A DNA stretch of 64,000 nucleotides from an uncultured Candidatus Saccharibacteria bacterium (GCA_964474375.1 CAYYSG010000001.1:84196-148195), one strand, 5' to 3'. Numbered from the stretch's first letter, positions 47,788-57,683 are shown. Translations and numbers: made by a program. Notes: a model not told the origin generated them from the letters alone.

Positions 47788-47881
47788 AGGGAACGAGGTG
47801 TTCAGTTAAACCGTGGTTTAGTTGACACTCTACCCACCTTAGTTAAAACTAGGGTACATATCTTCAAATAGTCCTAACAAG

Positions 47882-47913
47882 AAACCCTCGACATTCGTGC
47901 CGAGGGGTTTTTG
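47882..47913 (+). terminator. Intrinsic terminator about 20 nt upstream of ATG 47932 (attenuator-like position)
   Basis: aaaccctcg-acattcgtgc-cgaggggtttttgttg. Confidence 0.6.
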
Positions 47914-47931
47914 TTGTGTTAGAATAAATTT

Positions 47932-48363
47932 ATGGATACAAACACTGCTAATTTGTTGCGAAAACGAATATTTACCCGAGCAGCACTTGCTACTGTCGGT
48001 ACTTTTATTCTAAATACCATAGGTGTATGGCTGTCCGTATACAGTATTTTGTGGTGGTACGACATGCCCATGCATTATTTCGGGGGACTTTTTACTGCTT
48101 TGCTAGTAATTTCATTTCTTTTACGGTATTCATTTTTCCAAAAAGCCTCGATTCAAAAAGTCGCATGGATAGTAATATCTATAACTCTACTAATTGGTTT
48201 AGTCTGGGAAGGCTACGAAGTCATTTTCGCCCTTATGGCGGGTAATGTGCATTTAGTTTTGGATTCTATCTCTGATTTATTTTTTGATATGGCGGGTGCT
48301 GTACAAGCCGTGTTTATTTATCATCGGCATTTAGGTATTTTGTCTAAAAAATCTCTCGCATAA
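47932..48363 (+). CDS. Hypothetical small polytopic membrane protein (143 aa)
   Basis: 3-4 hydrophobic helices; no recognised family. Confidence 0.45.
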   Translation: MDTNTANLLRKRIFTRAALATVGTFILNTIGVWLSVYSILWWYDMPMHYFGGLFTALLVISFLLRYSFFQKASIQKVAWIVISITLLIGLVWEGYEVIFALMAGNVHLVLDSISDLFFDMAGAVQAVFIYHRHLGILSKKSLA

Positions 48364-48390
48364 TCTTGATTTACGGGTTATAATCGTTAT

Positions 48391-49779
48391 ATGTCAGAAC
48401 ACCCGAATTTAAAGATGACCTTTGTTTCAGGTCTTGGAACTGCTACTGGAGCTAATTTTCTAATCGAACACCCTGGGGACGGTAATAAATCTTATAAAAT
48501 ACTTTTTGATTGTGGTTTAACACAAGGCGTCAAACTAGCTGATCCTGTAAACTGGTTGCCATTTCCTTATGACCCAAAAGAAATAGATATTCTATTTATC
48601 ACTCATTCTCATGTGGACCATATTGGTCTTATTCCGAAATTGTATGCCGGAGGTTTCCGTGGACGTATAATTTCAACTGATGCCACTCGGGACATTGCAT
48701 TACTTATGCTCGAAGATACTGTAAAAATACTTTCTCATGAAAAGGACGAAGCTATTTTGGCTATGTATACAATGGAAGCAGTTTCAAGCATTATGAAGCT
48801 GTGGGAAGGTCATGAGTATCACAGCCCTGTTAATTTGCCATATGGTTTTACTGTAAGACTACTCGACGCGGGGCATATCTTGGGTTCATCGATGATTGAG
48901 CTAACTTACAATAATAAAAAGTTAGTCTATACAGGCGACTTGGGCAACTCACCATCAGTACTACTTCGCGATACAGAACAAGTAACCGATGCTGACTATA
49001 TCGTTACCGAATCAGTTTATGGTGATCGTAACCATGAGCATCGTGATGAACGCCGAGCAAAATTAGTCGAAGAACTAAACAAAAACTATCACAATGGTGG
49101 TGCTCTTGTAATGCCTACTTTTTCACTCGAAAGAACTCAGGAATTATTGTTCGAAATCGATACTATGATGAAAAATAAAGAAATACCTCAAATGCGTGTA
49201 TTTCTAGACTCGCCATTAGCTATCAAACTTACAAAAGTATTTAAAAAATACACCAAATACTACAATCAAAAAACCCAAGATATAATTAACAGTGGAGATG
49301 ATATTTTTTCATTCCCAGGACTTTCAATTACAATGGAAACTGAAGATTCTATAGAAATCCTGCACGAACCCATGCCCAAAGTCATCATTGCTGGGTCTGG
49401 AATGAGCCAAGGTGGGCGTATAATCCACCATGAGCATAATTATATTACTAACCCTAAAAGCACGCTGCTACTGACTGGTTATCAGGCCGTAGGCACATTG
49501 GGGCGTGTTATAGAAGAAGGCCACAAAACTATACGCATTGCAGGTGATGAAGTTCCAGTACGGGCTCGTATTGCCAAAATTCTAGGATATTCTGGACATA
49601 AAGATTCAGATAGCATAATAAAATGGCTTGGGTCTGCTGCACCTAAATTAAAGAAATTATTTATTGTATTAGGTGAACCAGGTTCATCATCATTTTTAGC
49701 TCAAAAGGTACATGATGAATATGGAACCAATGTAGTATTGCCCGAAAGAGGCGACAGTATCGAACTAGATTTCAACTAA
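48391..49779 (+). CDS. MBL-fold metallo-hydrolase, beta-CASP RNA-metabolising family (RNase J / CPSF-like)
   Basis: HSHVDHIG (HxHxDH), ...GHILGS, TESVYGDR, YSGHKDSD (beta-CASP motif C). Confidence 0.7.
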   Translation: MSEHPNLKMTFVSGLGTATGANFLIEHPGDGNKSYKILFDCGLTQGVKLADPVNWLPFPYDPKEIDILFITHSHVDHIGLIPKLYAGGFRGRIISTDATRDIALLMLEDTVKILSHEKDEAILAMYTMEAVSSIMKLWEGHEYHSPVNLPYGFTVRLLDAGHILGSSMIELTYNNKKLVYTGDLGNSPSVLLRDTEQVTDADYIVTESVYGDRNHEHRDERRAKLVEELNKNYHNGGALVMPTFSLERTQELLFEIDTMMKNKEIPQMRVFLDSPLAIKLTKVFKKYTKYYNQKTQDIINSGDDIFSFPGLSITMETEDSIEILHEPMPKVIIAGSGMSQGGRIIHHEHNYITNPKSTLLLTGYQAVGTLGRVIEEGHKTIRIAGDEVPVRARIAKILGYSGHKDSDSIIKWLGSAAPKLKKLFIVLGEPGSSSFLAQKVHDEYGTNVVLPERGDSIELDFN

Positions 49780-49781
49780 AT

Positions 49782-49812
49782 AAATACCCCTAATATAATA
49801 GGGGTATTTATT
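49782..49812. terminator. Bidirectional terminator
   Basis: aaatacccc-taatataata-ggggtattt. Confidence 0.6.
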
Positions 49813-50209
49813 ATTTATTCAAAGCATCAATTTTCTTTTCTAGGGAATCAATTTTTTCTATTAACTTTTGAACTGTGGCGTCTTCTAATTCTATGTTTTT
49901 TTCAACTTTACTAATTCTTGTGTTTGCTTCTTTTTCAAGATATTCTTCCTTGCGTACATTTTTAATAATTATGGCATTACCAACAAATGTATGTATAAAA
50001 AGCCCTATACCGCCTAGCATTACACATCCTAGCAGTATAGAAGCAATAGGGTCTAGCATCATTATGTCAGCTAGTTCCCAGACTCCTCGCCAAAACAAAA
50101 TAACTCCAACTCCGGCTAGGAATGCATGAGTAAAAGGAATATTTTCGAAAAAGTCTCGGGCTGAATTTTCTATCTGGAGCAAGACTTGTGTTACCTTGTG
50201 GTATCTCAT
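49811..50209 (-). CDS. Hypothetical small membrane protein with C-terminal coiled coil (132 aa)
   Basis: Two hydrophobic helices then EEYLEKEANTRISKVEKNIELEDATVQKLIEKIDSLEKKIDALNK. Confidence 0.45.
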   Translation of the reverse strand: MRYHKVTQVLLQIENSARDFFENIPFTHAFLAGVGVILFWRGVWELADIMMLDPIASILLGCVMLGGIGLFIHTFVGNAIIIKNVRKEEYLEKEANTRISKVEKNIELEDATVQKLIEKIDSLEKKIDALNK

Positions 50210-50225
50210 ATTTAAAATTATATCA

Positions 50226-50256
50226 TAAAAACCCCGATTTTTAATCGGGGTTTTTA
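50226..50256 (-). terminator. Intrinsic terminator after rplT
   Basis: aaaaaccccgatt-aaaaa-aatcggggttttt (read on minus strand). Confidence 0.65.
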
Positions 50257-50260
50257 TGTA

Positions 50261-50608
50261 TTAAGCAGTTACTTTGTCAGCGATTCTTTTGAAAGTAATA
50301 GGTGACTTGATAGCTAGGTCAGCTAGGATCTTGCGATCAACTAGGATATTTTGCTTCTTTAGTCCACTTATGAATTTACTGTATGAGAAGCCGTGTTTTG
50401 TAGCGGCTGCTGAAATTGTTGTTTGCCAGATACCACGACGGTCAGTTTTCTTATCTTTGCGGTGAGCAAAAGCATAAGCTCCTGCGTGACGAAGTGCATC
50501 TTTTGCTTGAGCTTCTTTCTTTGAGCGTCCGTTTCTAAAACCTTTTGCAGCTTTTAGGACATTTTTACGCTTTTTATTTTTTATAGTACCTCTTTTTACT
50601 CGTGTCAT
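50261..50608 (-). CDS. rplT: 50S ribosomal protein L20
   Basis: MTRVKRGTIKNKKRKNVLKAAKGFRNGRSK... Confidence 0.9.
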   Translation of the reverse strand: MTRVKRGTIKNKKRKNVLKAAKGFRNGRSKKEAQAKDALRHAGAYAFAHRKDKKTDRRGIWQTTISAAATKHGFSYSKFISGLKKQNILVDRKILADLAIKSPITFKRIADKVTA

Positions 50609-50623
50609 ATATTTATTCTAGGG

Positions 50624-50809
50624 TTAGGCGTGTGGTAGGTTACGACTCATTAATTTTGGGTTAAGCTTTATTTGAACTGGCTTACGAGATGCAAGCTGTT
50701 TTGTACGCTTAGCCTTTGCGTTAAAGTGGTTTTGTCCCGCTACGCGAGCTAGTACTTTACCAGTACCTGTCACTTTAAGACGTTTTGCAAGTGATTTATT
50801 TGTTTTCAT
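50624..50809 (-). CDS. rpmI: 50S ribosomal protein L35
   Basis: [22 protein letters not shown]... Confidence 0.85.
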   Translation of the reverse strand: MKTNKSLAKRLKVTGTGKVLARVAGQNHFNAKAKRTKQLASRKPVQIKLNPKLMSRNLPHA

Positions 50810-50822
50810 AAATTTATAATAA

Positions 50823-51344
50823 TTATTTTACTCGTTCTATTGTGATAATAGGTCCTTTCGGTCCTTTTTTATAAGCTTCTGAAACTTTATATTGAATAGT
50901 TATAAAATTCAAGAATCTATCCATACGTTCCTTTAGGAACTCATCAGGCATTCCTTTGGATCTACCAGAGAGAAATAGTTCTACTTTTATTCGGTGTCCT
51001 TCTGCTAGCCAAGAAGATGCTTTTTTAGCCTTCATTTCTAGGTCATGTTCACCAGTAGCTATTTTAATTTGGATACTTTTGGTTTCAGTTGCATGCGCCC
51101 CAGCTTTCATTTTTTTTGCTTTTTTGGCTAGTTCGTATGCGTACTTTCCGTAATCTGCTATTTTGGCAACCGGAGGACGGGCCTCGGGAGATACTTCTAT
51201 CAAATCTAGTCCCAAAGACTGCGCTCTTTTAAAAGCTTCGTCTAATGACAATACCCCAAGGTTGTCACCATTATGGTCAATAACACGAAGTTCACGTGCT
51301 CTTATCTGATTGTTTATTCTTTCCTTCAATTGCTTTTCACTCAA
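50823..51344 (-). CDS. infC: Translation initiation factor IF-3 (non-ATG TTG start as read)
   Basis: [50 protein letters not shown]; infC-rpmI-rplT order. Confidence 0.85.
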   Translation of the reverse strand: MSEKQLKERINNQIRARELRVIDHNGDNLGVLSLDEAFKRAQSLGLDLIEVSPEARPPVAKIADYGKYAYELAKKAKKMKAGAHATETKSIQIKIATGEHDLEMKAKKASSWLAEGHRIKVELFLSGRSKGMPDEFLKERMDRFLNFITIQYKVSEAYKKGPKGPIITIERVK

Positions 51345-51421
51345 AACGAGTAATGATTACTTACATAATATAGCCGAAATTCGGCCAAAAGTCAAATAAT
51401 CAAGGTTTCTCTGGTATTAGC

Positions 51422-52801
51422 CTATTTGTTTAAAACAACCTTTATTTTATTGATAATTTCTACGATTCTGTCCTCATTTTGAGCCTCTCCGAAAATACGA
51501 ATTATCGGTTCAGTATTAGAAGGCCTAGCTAAAACCCAAGAATTATCAGGGAAGTCAAAACGAATACCATCTTCTATGTTAATTTCAGCATCTGGGAATA
51601 AATCTTTGATTGCTTCTTTGTAATCTTCAAAATTTTCTATACCCTCTATTTTTTCTTTGTGCATTACGTATTTATGCAGGTCATTAGCTAGCTCGGATAT
51701 TTTTTTATTTGTATTTTCCATTAAGTTTAGAATCAGCGCCATGCCTACGAATGAATCTCTTCCGAAATTAATTGGTCGAAATATAACACCACCTGATCCT
51801 TCGCCTCCGAACATGCTATTAATCTCGATCATTTTTTTGACTACGTTTGGTTCACCAACAGGGGACATTACGGTCTTAACTCCATATTCCATAGCTACGT
51901 CTATTACGGTGCGTGATGTGGACATATTTATAACTAATGGACCAGCACTGCTAAGAGCATCTTCTTGTTTTAGCTTTTCATAAAAAGCCTTTGCGCATAA
52001 TGCAATCGTGTATTCTTCAAATACCGGAATACCATTTTCGTCGACTATTACAAGCCTGTCGCCATCAGGGTCCAGCCCGAAACCTACATCCATAGAATAC
52101 CCTAGTGTTGCTCGGCCTAATTCTTTTAATGCAGCTGGGTTTGGTTCCGGAGGTCTAGCAAATTCACCAATTGGTTCATCGTGAATTGCTATAGTTTCAG
52201 CACCAAGAGCCCGCAGGAATTCTGGCGCCATGATCGAACCACTGGAATTTACTGTATCAACTATTACCCTTGGGTGTGTTTTTAATTTAGTAAAACACGA
52301 TACAATATGGTTTACATAGCTTGATCCTAATGTGTTGTCTAGTATTGCTGTACCTTTTTCTTGTGCGGGGTTTAATTCATCTAATTCCCGGATATTTTCT
52401 TTGATGGAATTTATTGTTTCTTTGTTTGCAAAATGTCCATCGCTCATTATGAATTTTAGACCATTGTATTCTTTGGGGTTATGGGACGCTGTTATTATGA
52501 TAGCTCCGTCAAAAGTAAAAGTCCTTGTAAGATGCAAAATACTTGGAGTCGTTAGGATACCGCCAACTGTAACATCTATTCCGTAATTAGTTAAAATTTG
52601 GACCAAAGTCTGTTCTATTTCTTGACCACTAGTCCTACCGTCTCGTCCGATTAGTATATGCAGTTTTTGTTTGCTATATAAAGACTGCATTGTTTTTACG
52701 AATCCCAAAGCAAATACACTAATGCTATCAGCTGTTAGTTCTTCGCCTATAATACCTCGGAATCCGGATATTGTTAGTTTGTTTATGATTTTTTCGTCCA
52801 T
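51422..52801 (-). CDS. glmM: Phosphohexomutase family (phosphoglucosamine mutase GlmM / phosphomannomutase-like)
   Basis: Active-site loop IITASHNPKEYNG; metal-binding GDGDR (DPDGDRLVIV). Confidence 0.7.
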   Translation of the reverse strand: MDEKIINKLTISGFRGIIGEELTADSISVFALGFVKTMQSLYSKQKLHILIGRDGRTSGQEIEQTLVQILTNYGIDVTVGGILTTPSILHLTRTFTFDGAIIITASHNPKEYNGLKFIMSDGHFANKETINSIKENIRELDELNPAQEKGTAILDNTLGSSYVNHIVSCFTKLKTHPRVIVDTVNSSGSIMAPEFLRALGAETIAIHDEPIGEFARPPEPNPAALKELGRATLGYSMDVGFGLDPDGDRLVIVDENGIPVFEEYTIALCAKAFYEKLKQEDALSSAGPLVINMSTSRTVIDVAMEYGVKTVMSPVGEPNVVKKMIEINSMFGGEGSGGVIFRPINFGRDSFVGMALILNLMENTNKKISELANDLHKYVMHKEKIEGIENFEDYKEAIKDLFPDAEINIEDGIRFDFPDNSWVLARPSNTEPIIRIFGEAQNEDRIVEIINKIKVVLNK

Positions 52802-52828
52802 ATCTAACTAGTATACTTTTATTTAGAA

Positions 52829-52866
52829 AAAACAAAACCCCTTCAAAAAGAATGGGTTTTGTTCGT
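52829..52866 (-). terminator. Intrinsic terminator after DoxX gene
   Basis: aacaaaaccc-loop-gggttttgtt. Confidence 0.6.
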
Positions 52867-52885
52867 GCTATTTAATTCCAGTAGC

Positions 52886-53395
52886 TTATTTACATTTTGA
52901 ACAGTCACCACAAACACAATTAGAATGTGAGCAGTTATTTGGGTCCATTTGCCCATTAGCATGATTTACAACAGGGCATGTATTACAGCAAGCATCTTTC
53001 TTTATAGAATATTTTCCTGATCCAAGCATTGCCACAGCTAATCCTCCGAAGAAGAACACCATATCGAGTTCCCAGCCACCAAAGAATGGCATTTGGTTTT
53101 TAACTATTATGTATGCACCTAGCATGATGATGGATACAATCCATCCACCAATAGCCGCCCAAGCACCGAGCAATATCATAGCTCCTGCTATTACTTCTAG
53201 GATTGTGACTAGGTATACAAAAAATGTTGATAACCCAATTGAAGCAAAGAATGCAGTAGTGCCAGCAATGTCTCCGAATTTAGCTAGACCGTGAATAATA
53301 AACGGAAGACCAATTGCAATACGCAAAAACAGCATACCTATGTCACTGTTACAGCAACATCCACTCGTAAAGCACTTTATACCTTTGTTGAACAT
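52886..53395 (-). CDS. DoxX-family membrane protein with Cys-rich N- and C-terminal tails
   Basis: FLRIAIGLPFIIHGLAKF...; N-tail CFTSGCCCNSD; C-tail DACCNTCPVV..CSHSNCVCGDCSKCK. Confidence 0.6.
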   Translation of the reverse strand: MFNKGIKCFTSGCCCNSDIGMLFLRIAIGLPFIIHGLAKFGDIAGTTAFFASIGLSTFFVYLVTILEVIAGAMILLGAWAAIGGWIVSIIMLGAYIIVKNQMPFFGGWELDMVFFFGGLAVAMLGSGKYSIKKDACCNTCPVVNHANGQMDPNNCSHSNCVCGDCSKCK

Positions 53396-53478
53396 AATAA
53401 AATTTATAAATTAATAATGATAAATGATTACAATATCTATTATACCAAATTATAGCCAATATATGCTAGAATACGCCT

Positions 53479-54522
53479 ATGGAAGTAACTATATTTGTTA
53501 TTATTGCGCTTGTCGCTGGGTTTGTTGTGGCTTTTTTGTTGTTTAAAAACAAGCCTGAAAAGGAAAATGGGGCAATGCAGGTACTACTAACTCAAATAAA
53601 CGAATTAGCTCGTACTGTGGACTCAAAATTGCACGAATCCAATAAAAACATAAACGAATCAATGCGTTTCCAGTCTACCGAAACAACCCGCATTGTTCGG
53701 GACATTACCGAAAAAATAACCAGACTCGAAGAAACAAACAAGCAAGTCGTATCTTTTACTGAACAGTTGGAAAATTTGCAGGACATATTAAAAAACCCAA
53801 AACAGCGTGGGATTTTAGGAGAATATTATTTGGAAACATTACTAAAAAATGTAATGCCTAGTAATTCCTATCAAATGCAGTATTCATTTAGCGATGGGGA
53901 CATTGTAGATGCAGCGATTTTCGTAAAAGACAAAATAATCCCAGTGGATTCTAAATTCTCGTTGGAGAATTATAACCGCATTAGCGAAACGAACGACAAA
54001 TCTGAAAAAGAAAGACTTGAAAAATCATTTGTAAATGATTTGAAAAATAGAATAGTTGAAACTTCAAAATACATCAAACCTGAACTTGGTACTATGGAAT
54101 TTGCTTTTATGTTCATACCACACGAAGCTATATATTATGATTTGCTCATAAATAAAATAGGAGCTATCCAAGGTGAAGACACTGAAAACTTAATCCAGCG
54201 TGCCGCGGGTAAATATAAAGTCATAATTGTTTCGCCAACATCATTTTTAGCGTATTTGCAAACCGTACTGCAGGGTCTTAAAGCTATGCAAATAGAAGAA
54301 AATGCAAAAGATATAATCAAAAGAGTCGGAGAACTAAGCAAACATCTTAAAAGCTACGAAGAGTACCATAGTAAGCTAGGTAACGCTCTTGGAACTGTAG
54401 TAAATCACTACACTGCGTCAAGTAAAGAATTTAAAAAAGTAGACAAAGACATAATGCGTCTAACAGGGGAATCGATAGACATAGAATCCATAAATATTGA
54501 TAAACCTAATTTGATAGATTAA
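53479..54522 (+). CDS. rmuC: DNA recombination protein RmuC
   Basis: N-terminal TM + coiled coil; QRGILGEYYLETLL; VDAAIFVKDKIIPVDSKF. Confidence 0.75.
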   Translation: MEVTIFVIIALVAGFVVAFLLFKNKPEKENGAMQVLLTQINELARTVDSKLHESNKNINESMRFQSTETTRIVRDITEKITRLEETNKQVVSFTEQLENLQDILKNPKQRGILGEYYLETLLKNVMPSNSYQMQYSFSDGDIVDAAIFVKDKIIPVDSKFSLENYNRISETNDKSEKERLEKSFVNDLKNRIVETSKYIKPELGTMEFAFMFIPHEAIYYDLLINKIGAIQGEDTENLIQRAAGKYKVIIVSPTSFLAYLQTVLQGLKAMQIEENAKDIIKRVGELSKHLKSYEEYHSKLGNALGTVVNHYTASSKEFKKVDKDIMRLTGESIDIESINIDKPNLID

Positions 54523-54527
54523 TTCTT

Positions 54528-56039
54528 ATGGGTCTCTCGCATGTACTGTTTCCGGAAATGTATAAGGCATATTACAAAATGTCACGAGGCGAACTTTTGC
54601 CTCGCAGTTTTAGTGCACAAGTTTCGGCCCAGAAACAGCTATTACAAGAATTAGTCTTTGTTTTGGAGACTGTTAAATATAGCACCGAATCAAATGCATC
54701 TTATAAGGAGACTCATTTAGAGACTTTGCGCTCTTTGCCGATAAGAAGCTACGAGGATCTGTATCCTTGGATCGAGCGTGCCTGGAATGGCGAAGAAAAT
54801 GTGCTATGGATAGGGCAGGCTAAATGTTTTGCTAAATCCAGTGGTACAACCAATGCCAGAAGTAAATATTTGCCAGTAACAGAAGAGTCACTAAATCAAA
54901 ACCATTTGCTTGCTGGGCGGGACATGTTGGCGTGTTATTTGGACAGGACGGATACTAGTCGAATAGGTTTCGATAGTTTACTGACCGTAAGCGGGTCTAT
55001 CCAAGAAGTAAACCCTAAGAGCGGTATAACCGCTGGCGATGTTTCAGCTTTGATCGATGCTAATTCACCTTGGTGGACCAGGCTTGCAAAGACTCTACCC
55101 AAGTCAATCATTGGTATTAATAGCTGGCAGGATAGGCTACCGAAAGTTCTAGAATTTGCGCATGATTCGGACGTAAAAGCATTCGTAGGTGTAACATCGT
55201 GGATACATACAATCATCAATGAATCTGTTAAAAAATACAGTGCAAAAAATGCACTGGAAATTTGGCCGAATTTGGAAGTCTTTTTTCATGGTGGGGTCTC
55301 GATTGATCCATATTTGGAAAGTTTAAAAAAACTAATACCAAATCCAAATTTTAAATATGTAGAAGTCTATAATGCATCCGAAGGATTTTTTGCTTTTCAG
55401 GATAAAGATACTAGTGATTTAGGAATGCTTCTTCTAACAGGGCACGGAATATTTTATGAATTTCGTGATATAAAAAATAATGAAATATTTACTATTTCGG
55501 ATATTAAAAAAGACACTAATTATGAATTAATTATTACTACAGTTTCAGGACTATGGCGGTATTCGCTGGGGGACGTTGTTCGTATAACTAGCACTGATCC
55601 AGTGCGTATAAAAGTAGTCGGACGAACCAAAGCCTGCCTAAATACTTATGGCGAAGAGCTAATGGTGGGTAATGTTGATGAAGCTATAAAATATTTGAAT
55701 AACTCTAGCTATAGTGTACGCGAATACACCGGTAGCACTGTTTATAAAAATGAAACAACAAACGGAGCTCATGAATGGATAATAGAATTCGAAATAGTCC
55801 CAGAAAACAAGGATGATTTTATTCAAAAGTTTGACGCTAAATTGCGCGAGCTCAACAGTGACTACGATGCTAAAAGAAAAGGCGACATAATATTGTCGCG
55901 CCCAATTGTGCATTTTGTAAAAACAGGAACTTTTTATAATTGGATGCAAAGTAAAAACAAATTAGGCGGGCAAAATAAAATCCCTAGACTAAAAGAGGGT
56001 AGGGATATATTGGAGTCAATACTAGAATTTATAAAATAA
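54528..56039 (+). CDS. GH3 'auxin-responsive promoter' family protein (acyl-acid-amido synthetase-like adenylating enzyme)
   Basis: SSGTTNARSKYLPVTEESL matches the GH3/JAR1 family N-terminal motif; 503 aa. Confidence 0.6.
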   Translation: MGLSHVLFPEMYKAYYKMSRGELLPRSFSAQVSAQKQLLQELVFVLETVKYSTESNASYKETHLETLRSLPIRSYEDLYPWIERAWNGEENVLWIGQAKCFAKSSGTTNARSKYLPVTEESLNQNHLLAGRDMLACYLDRTDTSRIGFDSLLTVSGSIQEVNPKSGITAGDVSALIDANSPWWTRLAKTLPKSIIGINSWQDRLPKVLEFAHDSDVKAFVGVTSWIHTIINESVKKYSAKNALEIWPNLEVFFHGGVSIDPYLESLKKLIPNPNFKYVEVYNASEGFFAFQDKDTSDLGMLLLTGHGIFYEFRDIKNNEIFTISDIKKDTNYELIITTVSGLWRYSLGDVVRITSTDPVRIKVVGRTKACLNTYGEELMVGNVDEAIKYLNNSSYSVREYTGSTVYKNETTNGAHEWIIEFEIVPENKDDFIQKFDAKLRELNSDYDAKRKGDIILSRPIVHFVKTGTFYNWMQSKNKLGGQNKIPRLKEGRDILESILEFIK

Positions 56040-56040
56040 A

Positions 56041-56070
56041 AAACCGCTGATTTGTATCAGCGGCTTCTTT
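56041..56070. terminator. Bidirectional terminator
   Basis: ccgctgat-ttgt-atcagcgg. Confidence 0.55.
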
Positions 56071-56086
56071 AAAAGATCTTAATGAA

Positions 56087-56860
56087 TTATTTCTGTCCGG
56101 GTTTTTTAGGGCCGCGGTCTTCAAAAGCAAAGATTAACTTTGCTTCAGCAGACAGTGCCTGCACCTTTGTGTCGTAAGACACATCTAGTGACAGTCTGGC
56201 TTTACGGCAGATACTACCAATGGATACAGTTGGACGGTTCTGGATTGCTCCAGCGCCCAAAAGTATGCCTTTCATGGGGTATTTATACACCATGATGTCG
56301 TAGCTTACCGGTCCAGTTCCGAACACATACACTGCACTTTTGAATGCGGTCTTTTTGTTCGCACCTGTAAATCCGATAACTCCGCCAACATCAGTTCGCT
56401 GGTATTTATCCGGAGCAATTTCCTGATCAAATTTACGGAAACGTAATGCCGGACCTATCTGATATACTCCACACACGTTAGCACGGAAGATATTGTAAAA
56501 CAGGTCGCACGGTGCTGCTGCACCATAGGCGATTGACACCATTTGCATATTCAGTGGTCCATTATGGATGGCTTTTATGCCGACCCCACGTTGGTTTTCA
56601 GGATCGCCAACAGGAGAAAAGATTTCCAGCATGCCGGAAAAGTTCCGCGACATGTCGAACGGGCCATTGTAGCCAGTTGGTAATTCATTGTTTTTAAATT
56701 GCTTTGTGTAAATCCCAGGATAACCAAAGGTTACGCGGGTTACAGTTTGATTTCTCCAGCCGAAATGCATCGACATAGGGTGAGGTTTTTTTGCGCCTTT
56801 TTGGGCGAAAGTTGGGTTTATTGCTAGTACGGATACCAGCAAAATTACTAAGTTTTTCAT
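56087..56860 (-). CDS. Hypothetical secreted protein (257 aa), GC-richer than surroundings
   Basis: Signal peptide MKNLVILLVSVLAINPTFAQ; visibly higher G+C and G/C-ending codons than neighbours (not computed). Confidence 0.5.
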   Translation of the reverse strand: MKNLVILLVSVLAINPTFAQKGAKKPHPMSMHFGWRNQTVTRVTFGYPGIYTKQFKNNELPTGYNGPFDMSRNFSGMLEIFSPVGDPENQRGVGIKAIHNGPLNMQMVSIAYGAAAPCDLFYNIFRANVCGVYQIGPALRFRKFDQEIAPDKYQRTDVGGVIGFTGANKKTAFKSAVYVFGTGPVSYDIMVYKYPMKGILLGAGAIQNRPTVSIGSICRKARLSLDVSYDTKVQALSAEAKLIFAFEDRGPKKPGQK

Positions 56861-56932
56861 TATTTTGTACTTTATTTTATTGAGTATATTATACCATTAT
56901 TATAGATAAAATGCAAGGGTTATCCCCAAATC

Positions 56933-56965
56933 AAAACCACCCTTTATTTATAAGGGTGGTTTAGC
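56933..56965 (-). terminator. Hairpin terminator
   Basis: aaaccaccctt-atttataa-agggtggttt. Confidence 0.5.
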
Positions 56966-57263
56966 TATCAAGATTTGTTTCGTGTTGAGGTGAGTTATGG
57001 TCAACTCGTGGGCGTGGCTTGTATGATCTTTTAGATTTTTTAGGTAATCTGGTTTCAATAATCATTAATCCAATTTCATGATTTTCTTCTTTTGTAAAAA
57101 AATCTAGAAATTCTAAATGAAAATACATAGCCTCTTTTTTCGTAAAAACAGTTTTTTTATAAATAGAAATGTTTAAAAATTCATCATATATTTCTATAAA
57201 TGCACACGTGATGCCATTTTCTGTTTTTGTTTTAAAAATCGAAATGCTGTATTTTTCGAACAT
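56961..57263 (-). CDS. Hypothetical protein (100 aa)
   Basis: ORF only; AT-rich; no recognised family. Confidence 0.3.
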   Translation of the reverse strand: MFEKYSISIFKTKTENGITCAFIEIYDEFLNISIYKKTVFTKKEAMYFHLEFLDFFTKEENHEIGLMIIETRLPKKSKRSYKPRPRVDHNSPQHETNLDS

Positions 57264-57278
57264 AATATTTTGAATTTG

Positions 57279-57667
57279 TGGAGGCGAGGGGATTCGAACC
57301 CCTGTCCAATATGTATTTCCAGATAAATCTACATGTTTAGGTAAAACAATTTTTGTTCAGGAAAAAGTCTCATGGTTTTACCAGCAAAAACTTTTTCCAT
57401 ATCATGGATTCATTGTCCCATTATATCCATGAAAATATAATGGTTAGTCAAAGTGTATAACAGAGGTCTTTAATCCTGTGACGCAATTAAATCTCCGAGA
57501 CTAGCCAGTTATGTTAGGCAAAAGTCATTGTACCGAACGCGTAAGGCGAACGGATACTTTTTGCTGCAGTGTTTGCAGTTGGGTTTTGTATTTAGTTTAA
57601 AGAGGTAAATACATCTCTACATGCATATAAGAAAATAGAGTCATACTGTCAAAGCCAGTACGCCCCC
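57279..57667 (-). ncRNA. ssrA: tmRNA (ssrA), one-piece, ~389 nt
   Basis: 5' GGGGGCGUACUGGCUUUGACAG... and 3' ...GGACAGGGGUUCGAAUCCCCUCGCCUCCA: 7-bp acceptor with G3:U70, T-arm GGGGUUCGAAUCCCC, discriminator A; directly downstream of smpB. Confidence 0.75.
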
Positions 57668-57683
57668 AGATTTGATCTTTTTG

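Noticed and set aside
47750-47880. SRP RNA (4.5S) or 6S RNA in the ndk-downstream noncoding region
   Set aside because: No GGAAGCAGCC-type domain IV motif or 6S-like central bubble symmetry detectable; treated instead as a cis-regulatory leader.
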